64,000 bases of DNA from Ruditapes philippinarum (lineage: Eukaryota). Each line of letters begins with the position of its first letter. Position 1 is the first letter of the stretch. The stretch spans positions 1 to 64,000 of the forward strand of contig NW_026858926.1 of assembly GCF_026571515.1 (NCBI RefSeq). Reading direction: 5' to 3'. Below the pieces are notes generated by a model. That model saw only the letters and a program-made list of their open reading frames with translations. It did not search any database and had not been told where the DNA came from. The position numbers were made by a program, and so were the translations under genes. Shown here piece by piece: positions 52,401 to 64,000 of the stretch.

Positions 52401-55400
52401 TAATCAAAGTACATCCAGTTTATCAGATACATTGTGTACATGAAAGTGTTTCAATCTTACCTGTATACTTGAGACATCAAAATATTTCTTACATGTCAAA
52501 TACGAACAAACTGATTCTGACAGCGCACCTTAAAATAGAGAATATATGTGAAGGTTAACCCACCTTTTCTCACGCATTGACATCTTCAGAAGCCAGGGGA
52601 CATATTTAAAGCCCGAGTACACAGGGTACAAGATTTAATAAGTCTCTAAGGCTTCTGCAAATGTTAATGAATGAAAAGAAAAGTGCATTACTGCTATTCT
52701 TACATAAAAGTATACTTCTAAATCGGTAAATCTACATTTCTTTACTTGTATATCATATTAAGAACCATACCCTGTGCCGTGTTTTCCATGTGCTAGTGCG
52801 TTATCATTTGACAATTATGTTTTGATAATAAAAGTTTAAAACTCCCAGGGCTGTCATTTGCATTATGCTGTTTAAACAATGCTCCCTGAGTCATGCATAT
52901 TAAACAAACATGCAACAATGGGGCATGGTCATAAGCCTCTATCTGCTAATTCATGTTTTCTACTTTGTTAATGTATACTGGAGTGTGCAATTTTTATACA
53001 AACCTAAGTGCACAATTTTTATGCAAGTATCGAGATAAATTGTCAAACTAATAAAGCCTAAGGCATCAGTATTTTTATGTTCGTTTTGACCAGGCTCAAT
53101 GCTAGTGGCTGACCAAGTTATAAATCTTCATCATGACGCCCGCCCATTCAATTGATAATGGAATGTTTCACAGTAGAAGATCGAAAAAATAGTAAAAGAT
53201 ATTCTGCACGTTTAGATAAAAGAATATGACAGACCTTTCTTTATTAAATTATTAAGTTGTTCATAAATCTCAAAACAGTATTTCCAGTCCTATCATGTAA
53301 AAAACCTCAGTGAAGTTTAAATCTGTATTGTTCATCCATTTCACTTTCCTTATTCTAATTCTTTTGTTAGATTTCATATTATAATAATCTGCAGTAATAA
53401 AATAGGTTTAAAAACTGAGAACCTACAAACGAAGTTCTGTAAGACCTTAACATACTTCAAATCAAAACTGTGTAGAAGTGTTAATAAATTTCTGCTATAC
53501 CTGTCAGTGTTTTGGATGCATTCCAGTTCAAATGTTCCGGTACACAACTTTTCATCAAGTCCTAAAATATACACAATTAAATGTCTGTACATGTATAATA
53601 CCAATTGCACAAAATATTATACACTTTACATTCAATTTATACAAGATCATAAAAATCCATGTTACATGCACCATCAAAAGTTAGGTATTTCAGTATAAAG
53701 AATAATGTATTACATACTAACAATTTTTTTTGTTGGGTTTTATGTCACACCAACACTAGAAAGGTCATATGGCGACGTTCCTGGTTTTTTTGGTGGAAGA
53801 AGACCTAATACATTCCCCTTTGTGCATTATTTCAGGCACAAATGGACATCTTAGTAAAATCACCATAGTCTGTAAGCTAGCTGGACAGCTTCCTCACATT
53901 AAAAAGTCCAGTCCCTTACAGGATTCGAACCCACAGTGGTGAAGGACAAGTGGTTTGAAGTCAACAACCTTAACCACTCAGCCATGGGTGCCCCACATAC
54001 TGACATATAAAACAACAAACTCACCATGCAGTCTTGTGACAAATCTGCCATATCATCCTCCATACATAAAGCTACATCCCAGAATGTTGGCTTAGCCACA
54101 CCCATCAATACATCACAGCGAAATATCTCACAGAAATCAGACAGACAGACGGAATCCGGCTCCTAAACCAGATAACAAAGATTATAAACTATAATTAGGT
54201 CATAATAATAATTTAAATGTGTATTTTCCCACTTTCAATTAAAATGATAAAAATTAATTAACTGTCACCTGACCAGAGGCACTATTCAAATCATATGTTT
54301 CTTTGTATGGATTGTTGGATTTTAAGCCGCACCAAAACTGTTAAGGTCATATAACGACTTTTCAGATTTGCTGGTCAAGGAAGACCTCAGGTGCTCTTCT
54401 GTGTATTATTCAAGGCACAAATGGACACCTTAGTAGAATCATCCACATTCTGCAAGCTTGTTGGATAGCTTCCTCACATGAAAGATTAGAAATCCCTGAT
54501 TCGAAGCTATAGCAGTAAAAGCAAGTGATTTGAAGTTAAAGGCATAACCACTTGTTCATGGAATGGATGCACTTTTAAAATCATATAAATATAATAAGAA
54601 TTGCCAATTGGACTATGCTCAACTATTCTCAGTGGTTTATAGTAATAAAGAACTGGATTATGCAGACATCTTCCAAGTTCACTATGGAGCAATAATTCAA
54701 ACTGCGCGAAAAAGCAAATGGTAGAAATTAATGTCTTATTTAGGCCTGATGATCGTTGTGATGTATAAAGTGGAAATTAAAGCCTTGTAAAGGCTATATA
54801 TCAATGACAGTATATCAAGTGATCATGCATTTTTCAATGAAGGTAATAGTTATTTATGTATATATCCCGTATAAGTATGATAACTTTTCTGATGTAATGA
54901 AAATAATAGTTCTGCCAAGGTTAAAGCTGCAAGCCTCCAGATGATCCAAAATATTTCAAGTAATTCAAATATTAGAAAAATGTATTAAGATCTTAGGAAA
55001 AGTAAAAAGATTCATTATAAATTTTAATCTACTATTTACATGTTCTGTGTGATTAATGACTGATTTTGCAGTATCAATTACTATAATTCTACTGCGTTAT
55101 TAACGCAGTAAGAGGTATTTATGTATATATTGACCTCTTTTTGGTAATTTATGTGGATTGTAAGTGACGTTTCAAATGTCTAAATTACTTTCTTTGTTCA
55201 CTACACAGTATTTTACTTTTATGTACATTTTCAAAATTTTCATGAAAATTAGCATGCTGCTTTAAAATCATGCACAAAGACTGACTGATTAAAAGCGATT
55301 TTAGCTTCTGATTAATTATTTAATGAGGAAGGACAAAATACTTACATTATAAATAGAACCAGAATGTCTGTTAGTAAAATGACTATCTAAATATATCTCT

Positions 55401-58400
55401 CCTATGAAAGCTTTCCCGCAGTATCCACATGACCATCTTGATGCTGATTCACGCTCTTTGTGTTCCTCTTGGGCAATATACTTGTCTCGATCTTTGAAAA
55501 ACGGACATTTGTACGGGACTTTTGCCCCCACTTCTCTATAATGAGGTATTAATTCCTGAAATTAAATCAAAATTTAAATGAACTTTTTTCTTTTTCATTA
55601 CAATAAAAACAGTGTCTCATTGTACATAAGTCCGATGATCACTACTTTTTGCTCCGGGGTCTATATTGTAGTGTTGACTGGTGCTTGTACACTCATGGTT
55701 GTGTGTTTTAATTCCCACAAAAAGGGGAATCTCTTGCTGATTTATTTATATTTCAAACAATAATTTGACAAGAACTTCCTATACAGTTATATGCAATGAC
55801 AGATTTTTCATAATCTTAGAAAAATGGACAGGTGACTGTCTTGAACTTCAATACTATGTAGATTTATGCTGAACTGATACATGCCATTGTTATACAAACC
55901 TGATATATGACATAGTTAGACAGACCTGATATATGGCATTGTTATACAAACCTGATATATGACATAGTTAGACAGACCTGATATATGGCATTGTTATACA
56001 AACCTGATATATGACATAGTTAGACAGACCTGATATATGGCATTGTTATACAAACCTGATATATGACATAGTTAGACAGACCTGATATATGGCATTGTTA
56101 TACAAACCTGATATATGACATAGTTAGACAGACCTGATATATGGCATTGTTATACAAACCTGATATATGACATAGTTAGACAGACCTGATATATGGCATA
56201 GTTATACAAACCTGATATATGGCATAGTTATACAAGCCTGATATATGATAAACTTATACCAACCTGATATACAAACTTTATATATGACTTAGCTATACCA
56301 ATCTGATATATGACATAGTTATACCAACCTGATATAGGGCATAGTTATACAAACCTGATATATGACATAGCTAAACCAACCTGATATATGACATAGCTAT
56401 ACCAACATGATATATGACATAGCTATATCAACCTGATATATGACATAGCTAAACCAACCTGATATACAAACTTGATATATGACTTAATTCCTTATAAATG
56501 ACATAGTTATCATAACTTGAAGGATGACATAGTTATACAGATCTGATATTAGACTCAGAGAAACCAATCTGATATATGTCATAGTTATACCAATCTGATA
56601 TATGTCATAGTTACACCAATCTGATATATGTCATAGTTAAAACCAATCTGATATATGTCATAGTTAAAACCAATCTGATATATGTCATAGTTAAAACCAA
56701 TCTGATATATGTCATAGTTACACCAAACTGATATATGTCATAGTTACACCAATCTGATATACAGTTGACTCTCAATAAGTCAAAATAGCTTTACTCAAAA
56801 TTCCGCGTTAGTCGAAGAATTTCTAAAGTCCCGTCAAATTTCCTTCTTTATCTTTGTATTTCAACTCCGCTTAGGTCAAATTTTGACTTACCGAGACTCC
56901 TGTTTAGTCGAAAAAGAAAATTTGATCCCGTCAATTAAAGTCCAACATTTTTTCATCTAAATTAGTCGAAGTGTGAAAACAGCCAACTGATCAAAGGTCG
57001 CCGACATCAAGGTGAGATGTTGTCACTCGTGATTCAAACGTTTCATGGTAATTATAATTGCCGGTCATCATGTATTATTAACAAGTCGTAAAAGTGGCTT
57101 TAATCGGTTTCAGGACTTAATTGGTTTTAACAGTTAGATAACTAAATTAAAATTTAATTACATTTCTTTAAGAAAGTTGACTCGTGCCATGTTATTAATG
57201 TAAATGACATTTGTATAATTAATATTCCGTCAAATTGCATACATTAATATGTACTTCCTGTTCACGATAGTTGCTACTTTCGTTTTCGTCCGATGATCAA
57301 TTCACTTCAGATATTAGATAAATTATTGTTGAAATAAATGTGTTATTGTGTTTCATTATAATGAATTGTCATGAGTGCTTATAAATAACATAGGCTTTAC
57401 TGATAAATTCTGACAAACTTGCATTTATGACATTGCTAGCAATGTTTGTGTTTATATTTCACTATTAATATACATGTATTAAATTTTGAATAATATATTT
57501 ACGTTCATTTATAATTTGTAGTTGTAAGTGATTAACCGTCATTTCAACGGTTAAATATTGCAGCATTGCCGCTATCAGCAATAACAAACCTACTTCTTTG
57601 CACATTCAATCAGGCACATGTATAAAAATTCGAATGTCAACGTAATGGCGGCAGATCCACATTACTCAAATTCCGTTTCTCTCGAAGTTAAATGCCCAGT
57701 CCCTTGGATTTCGAGTTACCGAGAGTCAACTGTATGTCATAGTTACACCAAACTGATATATGACACCGACTCTGTTGACAAACATATCTGATATATTCAA
57801 TATATGACATATTATGCTTTGACTTACACATATTATTCTTACCTGATATATAACATTTCTAACAGTCCTACATTTGTCTCTCTCACAGCTTTCACAATCC
57901 ACCACATAAATAAATGGAATCTGAAATAGGAAAAAAACCTGAATATTAAATATATATACAAGTATGTAAAAAAAAAATCATCACAGTTAGTCCTATAAAC
58001 AATTTTCTTCAAGAACATATTACATGAACAAGGTATTTTTATTGATATCAGGTTATTTCTTCAAATTTACAAGTTACTATAAGAAAATTCCATTGACAAG
58101 TACTGGTTTATAAGATCAGTGGTAAATCAAACATTTATAATGCTAGTCAGAGTGTTACAAGAAACTTATTTTTGGCACCAAAATTTCAGAAATGGGGGGC
58201 GTGACAATAAATGCTTTATTTATCAATCTGTAATAGATGATACTATCAGATATGTAATATCATGACAAATCATGATCAAATTTACATTTAGTGAAAATAG
58301 ATAGGTACAAATCAGACTTCTATGTTCATAGGCTTTGCCTATTTTCATATTAGTGAGCTCAAAGAGCTGGCCAGAAGGGTTTGCTCGCAATGCTAGCTTT

Positions 58401-59979
58401 ACGGTAATTCTGCTAGATAATGATGATTTTGAAAACTTTCCTGGCACAGGATTGGGATTGAGTTAAAAATAATTTAATTTTTACTCTATCACAACACTGT
58501 GACAGGTTCCTGTGGTCTGCTAATTTCTGTCGGGCAGAGTCTGCCTTTTACCCCTCACTATAATTTGGATTTGATGGGTCAGCAATAGATGTGCCCGAGA
58601 TCTTGGCTTTTATAGACGACTTCGATATTGGGCTTGTTGGTACGTGTCAGATACAGAGATTTCCTTGTTATTTATTTCAACATCTAAGCATGGAGCTAAA
58701 TATAGATGAAGAAGAAACTGTGACGTCACACAGTTAAATTCAGTATCAGCGGAATTGTGTTAGCGACAGTTATCATATGTTGCGGGATTTTGCGAGATTT
58801 AATACATCCTGGGTAAAAGTAGCCAGAATACCGCCACATTGAATTCCTGGAGGTACATGTACAGCAACAAAAAAGATGAAGCATTTTATACTTATATTAG
58901 ACACAATAGTTATTCATTCTAAAACGTACAACACACACTTTTTCACACAAATATTTCTCTAATGAAAATCCTTGTTGGTAGATGTAATGTAAACAATAAT
59001 TCACGGATATCGCCGAAGTTTAACGAGAGCGCGAAAATTGAAGACTAGTGGGAAAACCCGATTATCATCGAAGCGCACAAAGGATTGTGGGTCTGAATCT
59101 GACTATTGTAAATTTTCGGACCTTCCTATCCGTTGTAGTCATATATATATCTGTGGTCTTTATACGGGGAAGTCAAAGACCAGGCCCGCGAAGCGGGTCC
59201 GGGCTTTGGCTTGCCTGGCTATAGACTACACGTGTATATTTTTAAAAAAAACAATTAAAAAATATATAAAATTCTATACCTATCAATGAAATTTTCAGTG
59301 TCAGTTCTAGATAGGCGCCGCCATTTACAATGTAACTCAATGATAAAAGGCGGTATATTCCAATAACGGAACAAATCTCAACTTTTCGGATTAATAATAA
59401 TCGTCCAGTGTTCCAAGTGAAAACGGAAGCGGGTATATATAATACCGAATGACACCTTTAAAACAGAAACAATGAAAGGATTTTTTACCGACTTCCCCGT
59501 TCATAGGCTTTGCCTAATTTCATATTATAAATCGCCAAGTGTTCTTTTTAGAAGTGCGCAGGGGACCAGTCTGAACGGAAGCGATGCATTAAATACCGAA
59601 TGACACCTTTAAAACGGAAAGAATGAAAATAATTTTTTAACGGCTTCGGTTCCCCGTTCATAGGCTTTGCCTTATTTCATATTATCTGTGGTCTAAGTTC
59701 AACAGTTATTGAGAAACAACAATTTCAGTAAAACATGATATCAGATTTTGACACGTTAGATAAAAGAGTTTTCTATAATGATTTTAAAAGCTTTTACCAG
59801 ATAGACCAGATGTAAATACTTAAGCATCCTTTTAAAACTTTACTTTTTTATTTATCAACTAAAATCATCGTTGTTAACAGACGCTTGTAAACGATAACAA
59901 TCCAAGCGCTCGGTGTCCATAATTTTACCAAAGTATAGAAATAGATAAGTTCGGCGGAAACTGAAGACGCTGTATTCAT
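43451..59979 (-). CDS. uncharacterised type I membrane protein with a luminal Cys-rich/C2H2-like region (isoform A, 301 aa); exons 59929-59979, 57843-57920, 55346-55555, 54025-54162, 53501-53561, 52461-52528, 45453-45553, 43451-43649
   Basis: All GT-AG and phase-compatible, 906 nt. MNTASSVSAELIYFYTLIPFIYVVDC (signal-like), CERDKCR, CPFFKDRDKYIAQEEHK..WSCGYCGKAFIGEIYLDSHFTNRH, CLSDFCEIFRC, CSYLTC, TM VILTVVLVIVSMFYYCLCV. Exon 1 assignment is less certain. Confidence 0.85.
45601..47819. repeat. ~41-bp tandem satellite (aataaccaatcaaaaactcacattcccactacttttttggt), about 54 copies, intronic
   Basis: head-to-tail units with no unique spacers; length varies only in homopolymers. Confidence 0.97.
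48387..48621. mobile_element. palindromic MITE with GAG...CTC ends and a 4-bp AWWT target (Sola-like); second copy at 52150-52390
   Basis: ATTT|GAGCCGTGTCATGACAAAACC...GGTTTTGTCATGACACGGCTC|ATTT. Confidence 0.85.
49620..50170. repeat. degenerate ~16/32-bp tandem repeat (caggttttacctcacatagtttatacct)
   Basis: direct reading; some units are inverted (caggtaaaacctc). Confidence 0.85.
50335..50695. repeat. 37-bp minisatellite (aaagatctgacccacaaataaagatcaagtttaacta), ~9-10 copies
   Basis: direct reading. Confidence 0.93.
50870..51430. repeat. 26-27-bp minisatellite (aaataaaatgatgtactcaatgtcat) interrupted by a CAGTG...CACTG MITE at 50951-51147
   Basis: direct reading; TIR cagtgatttt/aaaatcactg. 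Confidence 0.88.
52150..52390. mobile_element. Sola-like palindromic MITE, second copy
   Basis: GAGCCGCGTCATGACAAAA...TTTTGTCATGACACGGCTC. Confidence 0.85.
53730..53994 (-). mobile_element. tRNA-derived SINE; degenerate neighbour at ~54310-54555
   Basis: minus strand GGGGCACCCATGGCTGAGTGGTTAAGG (A box)...GGTTCGAATCC (B box), then a non-tRNA body ending ..gtgtgacataaaacccaac. Confidence 0.8.
55870..57765. repeat. 26-27-bp minisatellite (acctgatatatgacatagttatacaa) with a 53-bp dimeric higher-order block, split by a transposon
   Basis: alternating ggcattgttatacaa / gacatagttagacag units at 55880-56200. Confidence 0.9.
56762..57732. mobile_element. non-autonomous Tc1/mariner-type element with TA target duplication
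   Basis: TA|CAGTTGACTCTC...GAGAGTCAACTG|TA; excising it restores the minisatellite unit aatctgatatatgtcatagttacacc. Confidence 0.9.
59148..59694. mobile_element. hairpin-bearing element bounded by 12-bp direct repeats; related copies at ~60570-61010 and, inverted and partial, ~62735-62970
   Basis: tatctgtggtct at 59148-59159 and 59683-59694; GCGAAGC-capped stem at 59166-59214; internal duplication 59422-59528 / 59574-59684. Confidence 0.65.
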
Positions 59980-60186
59980 AAAATTGATTTTAAACCCATA
60001 ATTAAATGTAACTCTATGCGAGTCGTCTGTAAATCTTGTTGCAAAAATCATGTACACTTAAATCAAAATTTACACACCGGATATTTTATCGGAGTGAAAA
60101 TTATCGTCATCACCGAATCAAAATGGCTGCGCCCATGAATGCACGTTAGTTGATTTCAATTAGGAAAATTATCAGCATTCACAACT
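59980..60186. promoter_or_regulatory. compact bidirectional promoter between the C2H2-like gene (-) and POLR1F (+)
   Basis: divergent ATGs 207 bp apart; YY1-like AAAATGGCTGC at ~60120. Confidence 0.55.
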
Positions 60187-63100
60187 ATGGATGTCGTTGG
60201 CAAATATGAAAAAGCAAAGAAGATTATGGATGAATGTGAAAACTCTCAATTGGTACTCGAAAAAAGAAAAGAACACATTAAATTGGCACCAAAATTTCTG
60301 GGAAATGTCCGTGCAGGAGTCCACCAACAACTGACGGACAAGCTTTTGCAGCGTCATCAAGTGTTAGTCAATTTTCGTTTTTCCAAAAGAGACTCTTGGT
60401 AAACATGTCACCAGCTGAAAAAATGTGCCTGTCGGAACTCGAACCAGGGACCATCTAAATACTGTTTGGCAGCTCTACCAAACAAGTTCCTGCATATTCT
60501 CTCCCTATAGTTCAATATATCAGAGGTTACAGGCTTGTTATAATTTATGTCAATCAAGTCTGGCGTCTAATACGGGGAAGTCAAAGCCTGGGGCAGCGAA
60601 GCGGTTCATTGCTTTGGCTTGCCTGGCTATAGTCGACACTAGTAGTAGTATATTTAAAAAGGAAAAAAAAAGAAAATAATATCAAATTCTATACCCATCA
60701 GCGAAATTTTCAGTGTCATTTCGTGTTGGGTGCCATAACGCAATGATAAACGGCGGTGTATTCTGATAATAGCCAATCACAACTTTTCAACTTACAAGAT
60801 AAAGATAAAAGCCAAGGAATTCTGATTGAAAACTGATGTGTAGACTGGTCCTCTGCACACTTCTATAGGGACCATAATAGGACAGGGAACCAGAATAAAC
60901 AAAAGCAGTCAGTTTATAAAATACCTAATGGCACTTTTAAAACGGAAAATGTAAAATGAAAATAATGTTTATTTTAACTGACTTTATTATGCCTAATTTC
61001 ATATTAGTTATTGCTAAATGCTAATAAATGCATAGCATCATAAAAAATTCAAAAAAGTCTATTGCAGAGATCTGCCGAGGACGCGATTTTGCGCCATTGG
61101 CGCTAAAAAAATGAGAATGGCGCAGGAAAATCGGCAGCAAAGGGCCATGGGCGCATCTAAAATCTGTGCCAGACTTATAAGAAAACAAAACTGTCTGCTG
61201 GGTTATTTAGTCATCCAGTCAAAACTGGTACCAACAGCAACATGTTACCCATGCTCCTGTAATTACGCATATTCTTGAGTTTATCCATCCCCCTATAGCT
61301 TTTGTCCATGTTATCTACTTACCGCATTTCTTCTCATAATCCCTTTCCCACACAGATACTTATTTCTACTACCGTAAATTTAATCCAATAAAACAAACAA
61401 ACAAATTATACAACTACTTAATATTTAAAATGATTATCGGTAACTGAAAAAAAGTGTTGCTATTTTAAGAAATGCTGTAAGTTACAGTATAATCTGACAG
61501 GTGTTCAACTTGATCAACCCTAAGGTCACTCAAGTTCACGCAAGTTTTGGCTTATGAAGTGTAAAAAAAGATGTATATTTCGTCATCAGAATGTTTGACA
61601 GGGTGACTAACCAATCAGAGAAACATTGTGCATGACTTTTTTCATGATCAAAAGGTCTGTCGGCAAATGTCTTTGATGTATGCTGTCTACACAGAGGCAT
61701 ACAAGGGGCAATAAAATTCGTCAATATACAGTGGTAAGGGACATTTGGTGCAAAGTAGGAACAATTAAATGGATAATGCACAATATAAGACATTACAAGT
61801 AAGAACCAGCAATTATGTGAATAAATTTGCATATCAAATTTTTAAGCAGCCATTTAAAAAATATTTTCATTTTTGCCTGCAATTAATATTAGTTAGAAAG
61901 TTACCATGTAGGCATAATTTATAATTATTGGTAAAGTACTGAATTATAAGTGAACCATTTGTCATAAAATATGATTTAAGTTTTATTACTGGGGAAATTC
62001 AATTATCTACAAACTTTTTAACAGTTATTTTGGTCAATGTTTATTTATTTTCCCAAGGCCCATACTTTGGTAAAAATGGCCCATCATTTTCAGACCAAGT
62101 GGGCCCAGGGCCCAGTACTTTCAAATTCTTGGCAGATCTCTGCTATTGTCTTGCCTTTCAAGCTTAAATCAAATGCTTATATCTTCTTTTCTTTCAATTT
62201 CATGTTCAATCATTAACAAAAACTCTCAAACAATGTAAATTTCAATCTATTTTTGTCTGTTGGCCATACTGGTTCAGTAAAGTGCTTTACAGATTGATTC
62301 CAAACGGAAAAATATATTCGAACACGCTGACTGTGCATGGGCTGTTATTTTGTTCAAAAATATTCCGTCAGTAACTTCTGACTCATTTAAAAGCTTGCAT
62401 TTGAATTAGCCAATATGATTTCGTGCACTGTTTGTCGGCTGTATAAGGAATTAAATTAAATGAGAGGACTTAATCATTATTTTTCAGATGTGACAGTTTA
62501 ATTATTTTGTTTAAAAAAGGTAATTATTTTTTAAGTTTAGTTCATAAATATGTCAAGATTACTATAAATATGTATAAGTTTTCTTAATTTTTTTTTTTCG
62601 TACCGCCAAATTTTCTTGCGGAAAGTGCTATGGGTTTTAAGTAATTTCAATATGATGTTGCTTTGCCCAGAAGTAAAAATATCACAAAGCGACGTCATAT
62701 TTATATGACTAATTCGCTCCCCAAAATAGTGAACAGTTAATATGAAATTAGGCAAATAGGTCCCTCAGTACTTAATGTACCGCTGTTGTTTTCACTCTGA
62801 AGACGGTAGTAACACTGAAAATGGCGACCAAGCTAGATAAAACACTGGAAATTTCACTGATAGGTACTGTATAGAAATCTATACAAAAAATCAAAGTTGT
62901 TTTTCATTTGATTTCCTTTTAAATGCACAGGTGTTGTCTATATTGTGGGCAAACCTTTGACTTCCCCATATAAACTGTGAATTTTGTCTCCACTCAGTGT
63001 TTTTTTTCCACCCAATTGGGAACAGGCCCTATACCCACTACATTGGGAAGTTTTGAGTCGGGGAAAGAGCCAAATTGGGCATTTTTGCATCGTGAAATAA

Positions 63101-63373
63101 AGCAAGTTTATACTTTTATAGTATTAGTATTTTAATGTGCCTATCATCTGCGATCCATCTTCCTGGTCCCATTTCAAATGTGTTTGAATATATATATTAT
63201 ATTATTTCAGTATTCATTTCTTTATTACAGGTTGGATGGATTTCCCTTGGCATACACAAATGTTCGAGCACTTCAGCAATTTGGCAAGATTATTTCCGAC
63301 CATACTTGTATACATTTCGACATTGAAGCAGATTTTATCATTTTCAAGCCAGCCGTTGGCCAAAAACTGAATG
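60187..63373 (+). CDS. POLR1F: DNA-directed RNA polymerase I subunit RPA43, first two coding exons (60187-60362, 63231-63373); continues beyond the window
   Basis: HIKLAPKFLGNVRAGVHQQLTDKLL...LDGFPLAYTNVRALQQFGKIISDHTCIHFDIEADFIIFKPAVGQKLNG matches the RPA43 N-terminal motifs (HIxLxPxY/F, GxPxAYxN, IHxxIEADFxIFxPxxGQKLxG); phase-2 intron. Confidence 0.92.
61065..62142. mobile_element. non-autonomous TIR element (hAT-like CAG ends) with a 6-bp target duplication, in POLR1F intron 1
   Basis: CTATTG|CAGAGATCTGCC...GGCAGATCTCTG|CTATTG. Confidence 0.8.
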
Positions 63374-64000
63374 GTTTGTTCAATTTATTTAAACAAATTG
63401 ATATATACAATCAAATTTAATTTGCCTGTCATCTGTGATCCCAGTTCCACTTCCAGGAATTGATCATAAATTTTGCAAATTTCCACAAAATCAGGTCAGC
63501 ATGGTGGTTTTGTTATGGCTGATTATCCCTGTTTATTACCAGTCTTGGCCTTTGAAACTTTGAAATTTGTCTCATGTAAACAAGTTATCCAGCTAGTATG
63601 CGGGAACGTTTCGGGTATTTTACGTAAGCAGAACATTTAGCCAGACCTTTTCCATTCATTGCTTTGGTCAACTTGCTCACTAACAAGTATCCACAAACAT
63701 AACCACATGTTTTTTTGTGCAAAACCACAGGTTTCAACCAGAGACTAATGTATTATCCTCAGTTGTAGCCTAATTTGGGATAACAAAGTTAGTTTCAATT
63801 TACAATAAAACTGTAAAACCACTGGAAAGGTCCATAGATTAGCTGTTTTTACCAAGACACATGTCTTATTAAAGTACATTAAATAGTTCAGCATACAAGA
63901 TTCTTAGATTTGATTGGTTTACAACAATGTTTAAGCTATGTTTAGGGATTTTATGAAATCTCTAAATTTTTTGATTTGGTTTTAACAGCAGTGTTTTGAT

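Noticed and set aside
53900-53994. tRNA gene
   Set aside because: A and B boxes are present, but the sequence continues into a SINE body with a degenerate neighbour copy; the acceptor stem is not closed.

Overview
AT-rich, intron-rich animal genomic DNA. The repeat families and gene types suggest a bivalve mollusc (inference). No prokaryotic systems, rRNA/tRNA genes or CRISPR arrays are supported. Splicing by eye gives five protein-coding gene models. (1) A 7-exon secreted protein of about 218 aa, tentatively a divergent lipocalin (5995-13962, +); the 3' end of a tandem paralog sits at 1-539. (2) A single-LIM muscle LIM/CRP-family protein (15889-16904, -). (3) A 17-exon ADAMTS-like M12B metalloprotease that lacks TSP1 repeats and ends in two duplicated PLAC-like exons, with one +1 frameshift (21712-33954, +). 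(4) A signal-peptide, Cys-rich/C2H2-like type I membrane protein (37013-59979, -) with two duplicated, splice-compatible 'TM exon + tail exon' 3' cassettes. (5) The first two exons of POLR1F/RPA43 (60187-63373, +), head-to-head with gene 4. The rest is MITEs, SINEs, Helentron/pearl-like elements, a Tc1 remnant, foldback repeats, several minisatellites, one N gap and one low-quality stretch. The most interesting structure is the alternative C-terminal cassette pair of gene 4. Beside cassette A's acceptor is a 2.2-kb satellite that apparently arose in situ from intron sequence and carries a consensus 5' splice-site hexamer (GTGAGT) in nearly every unit on the transcribed strand.
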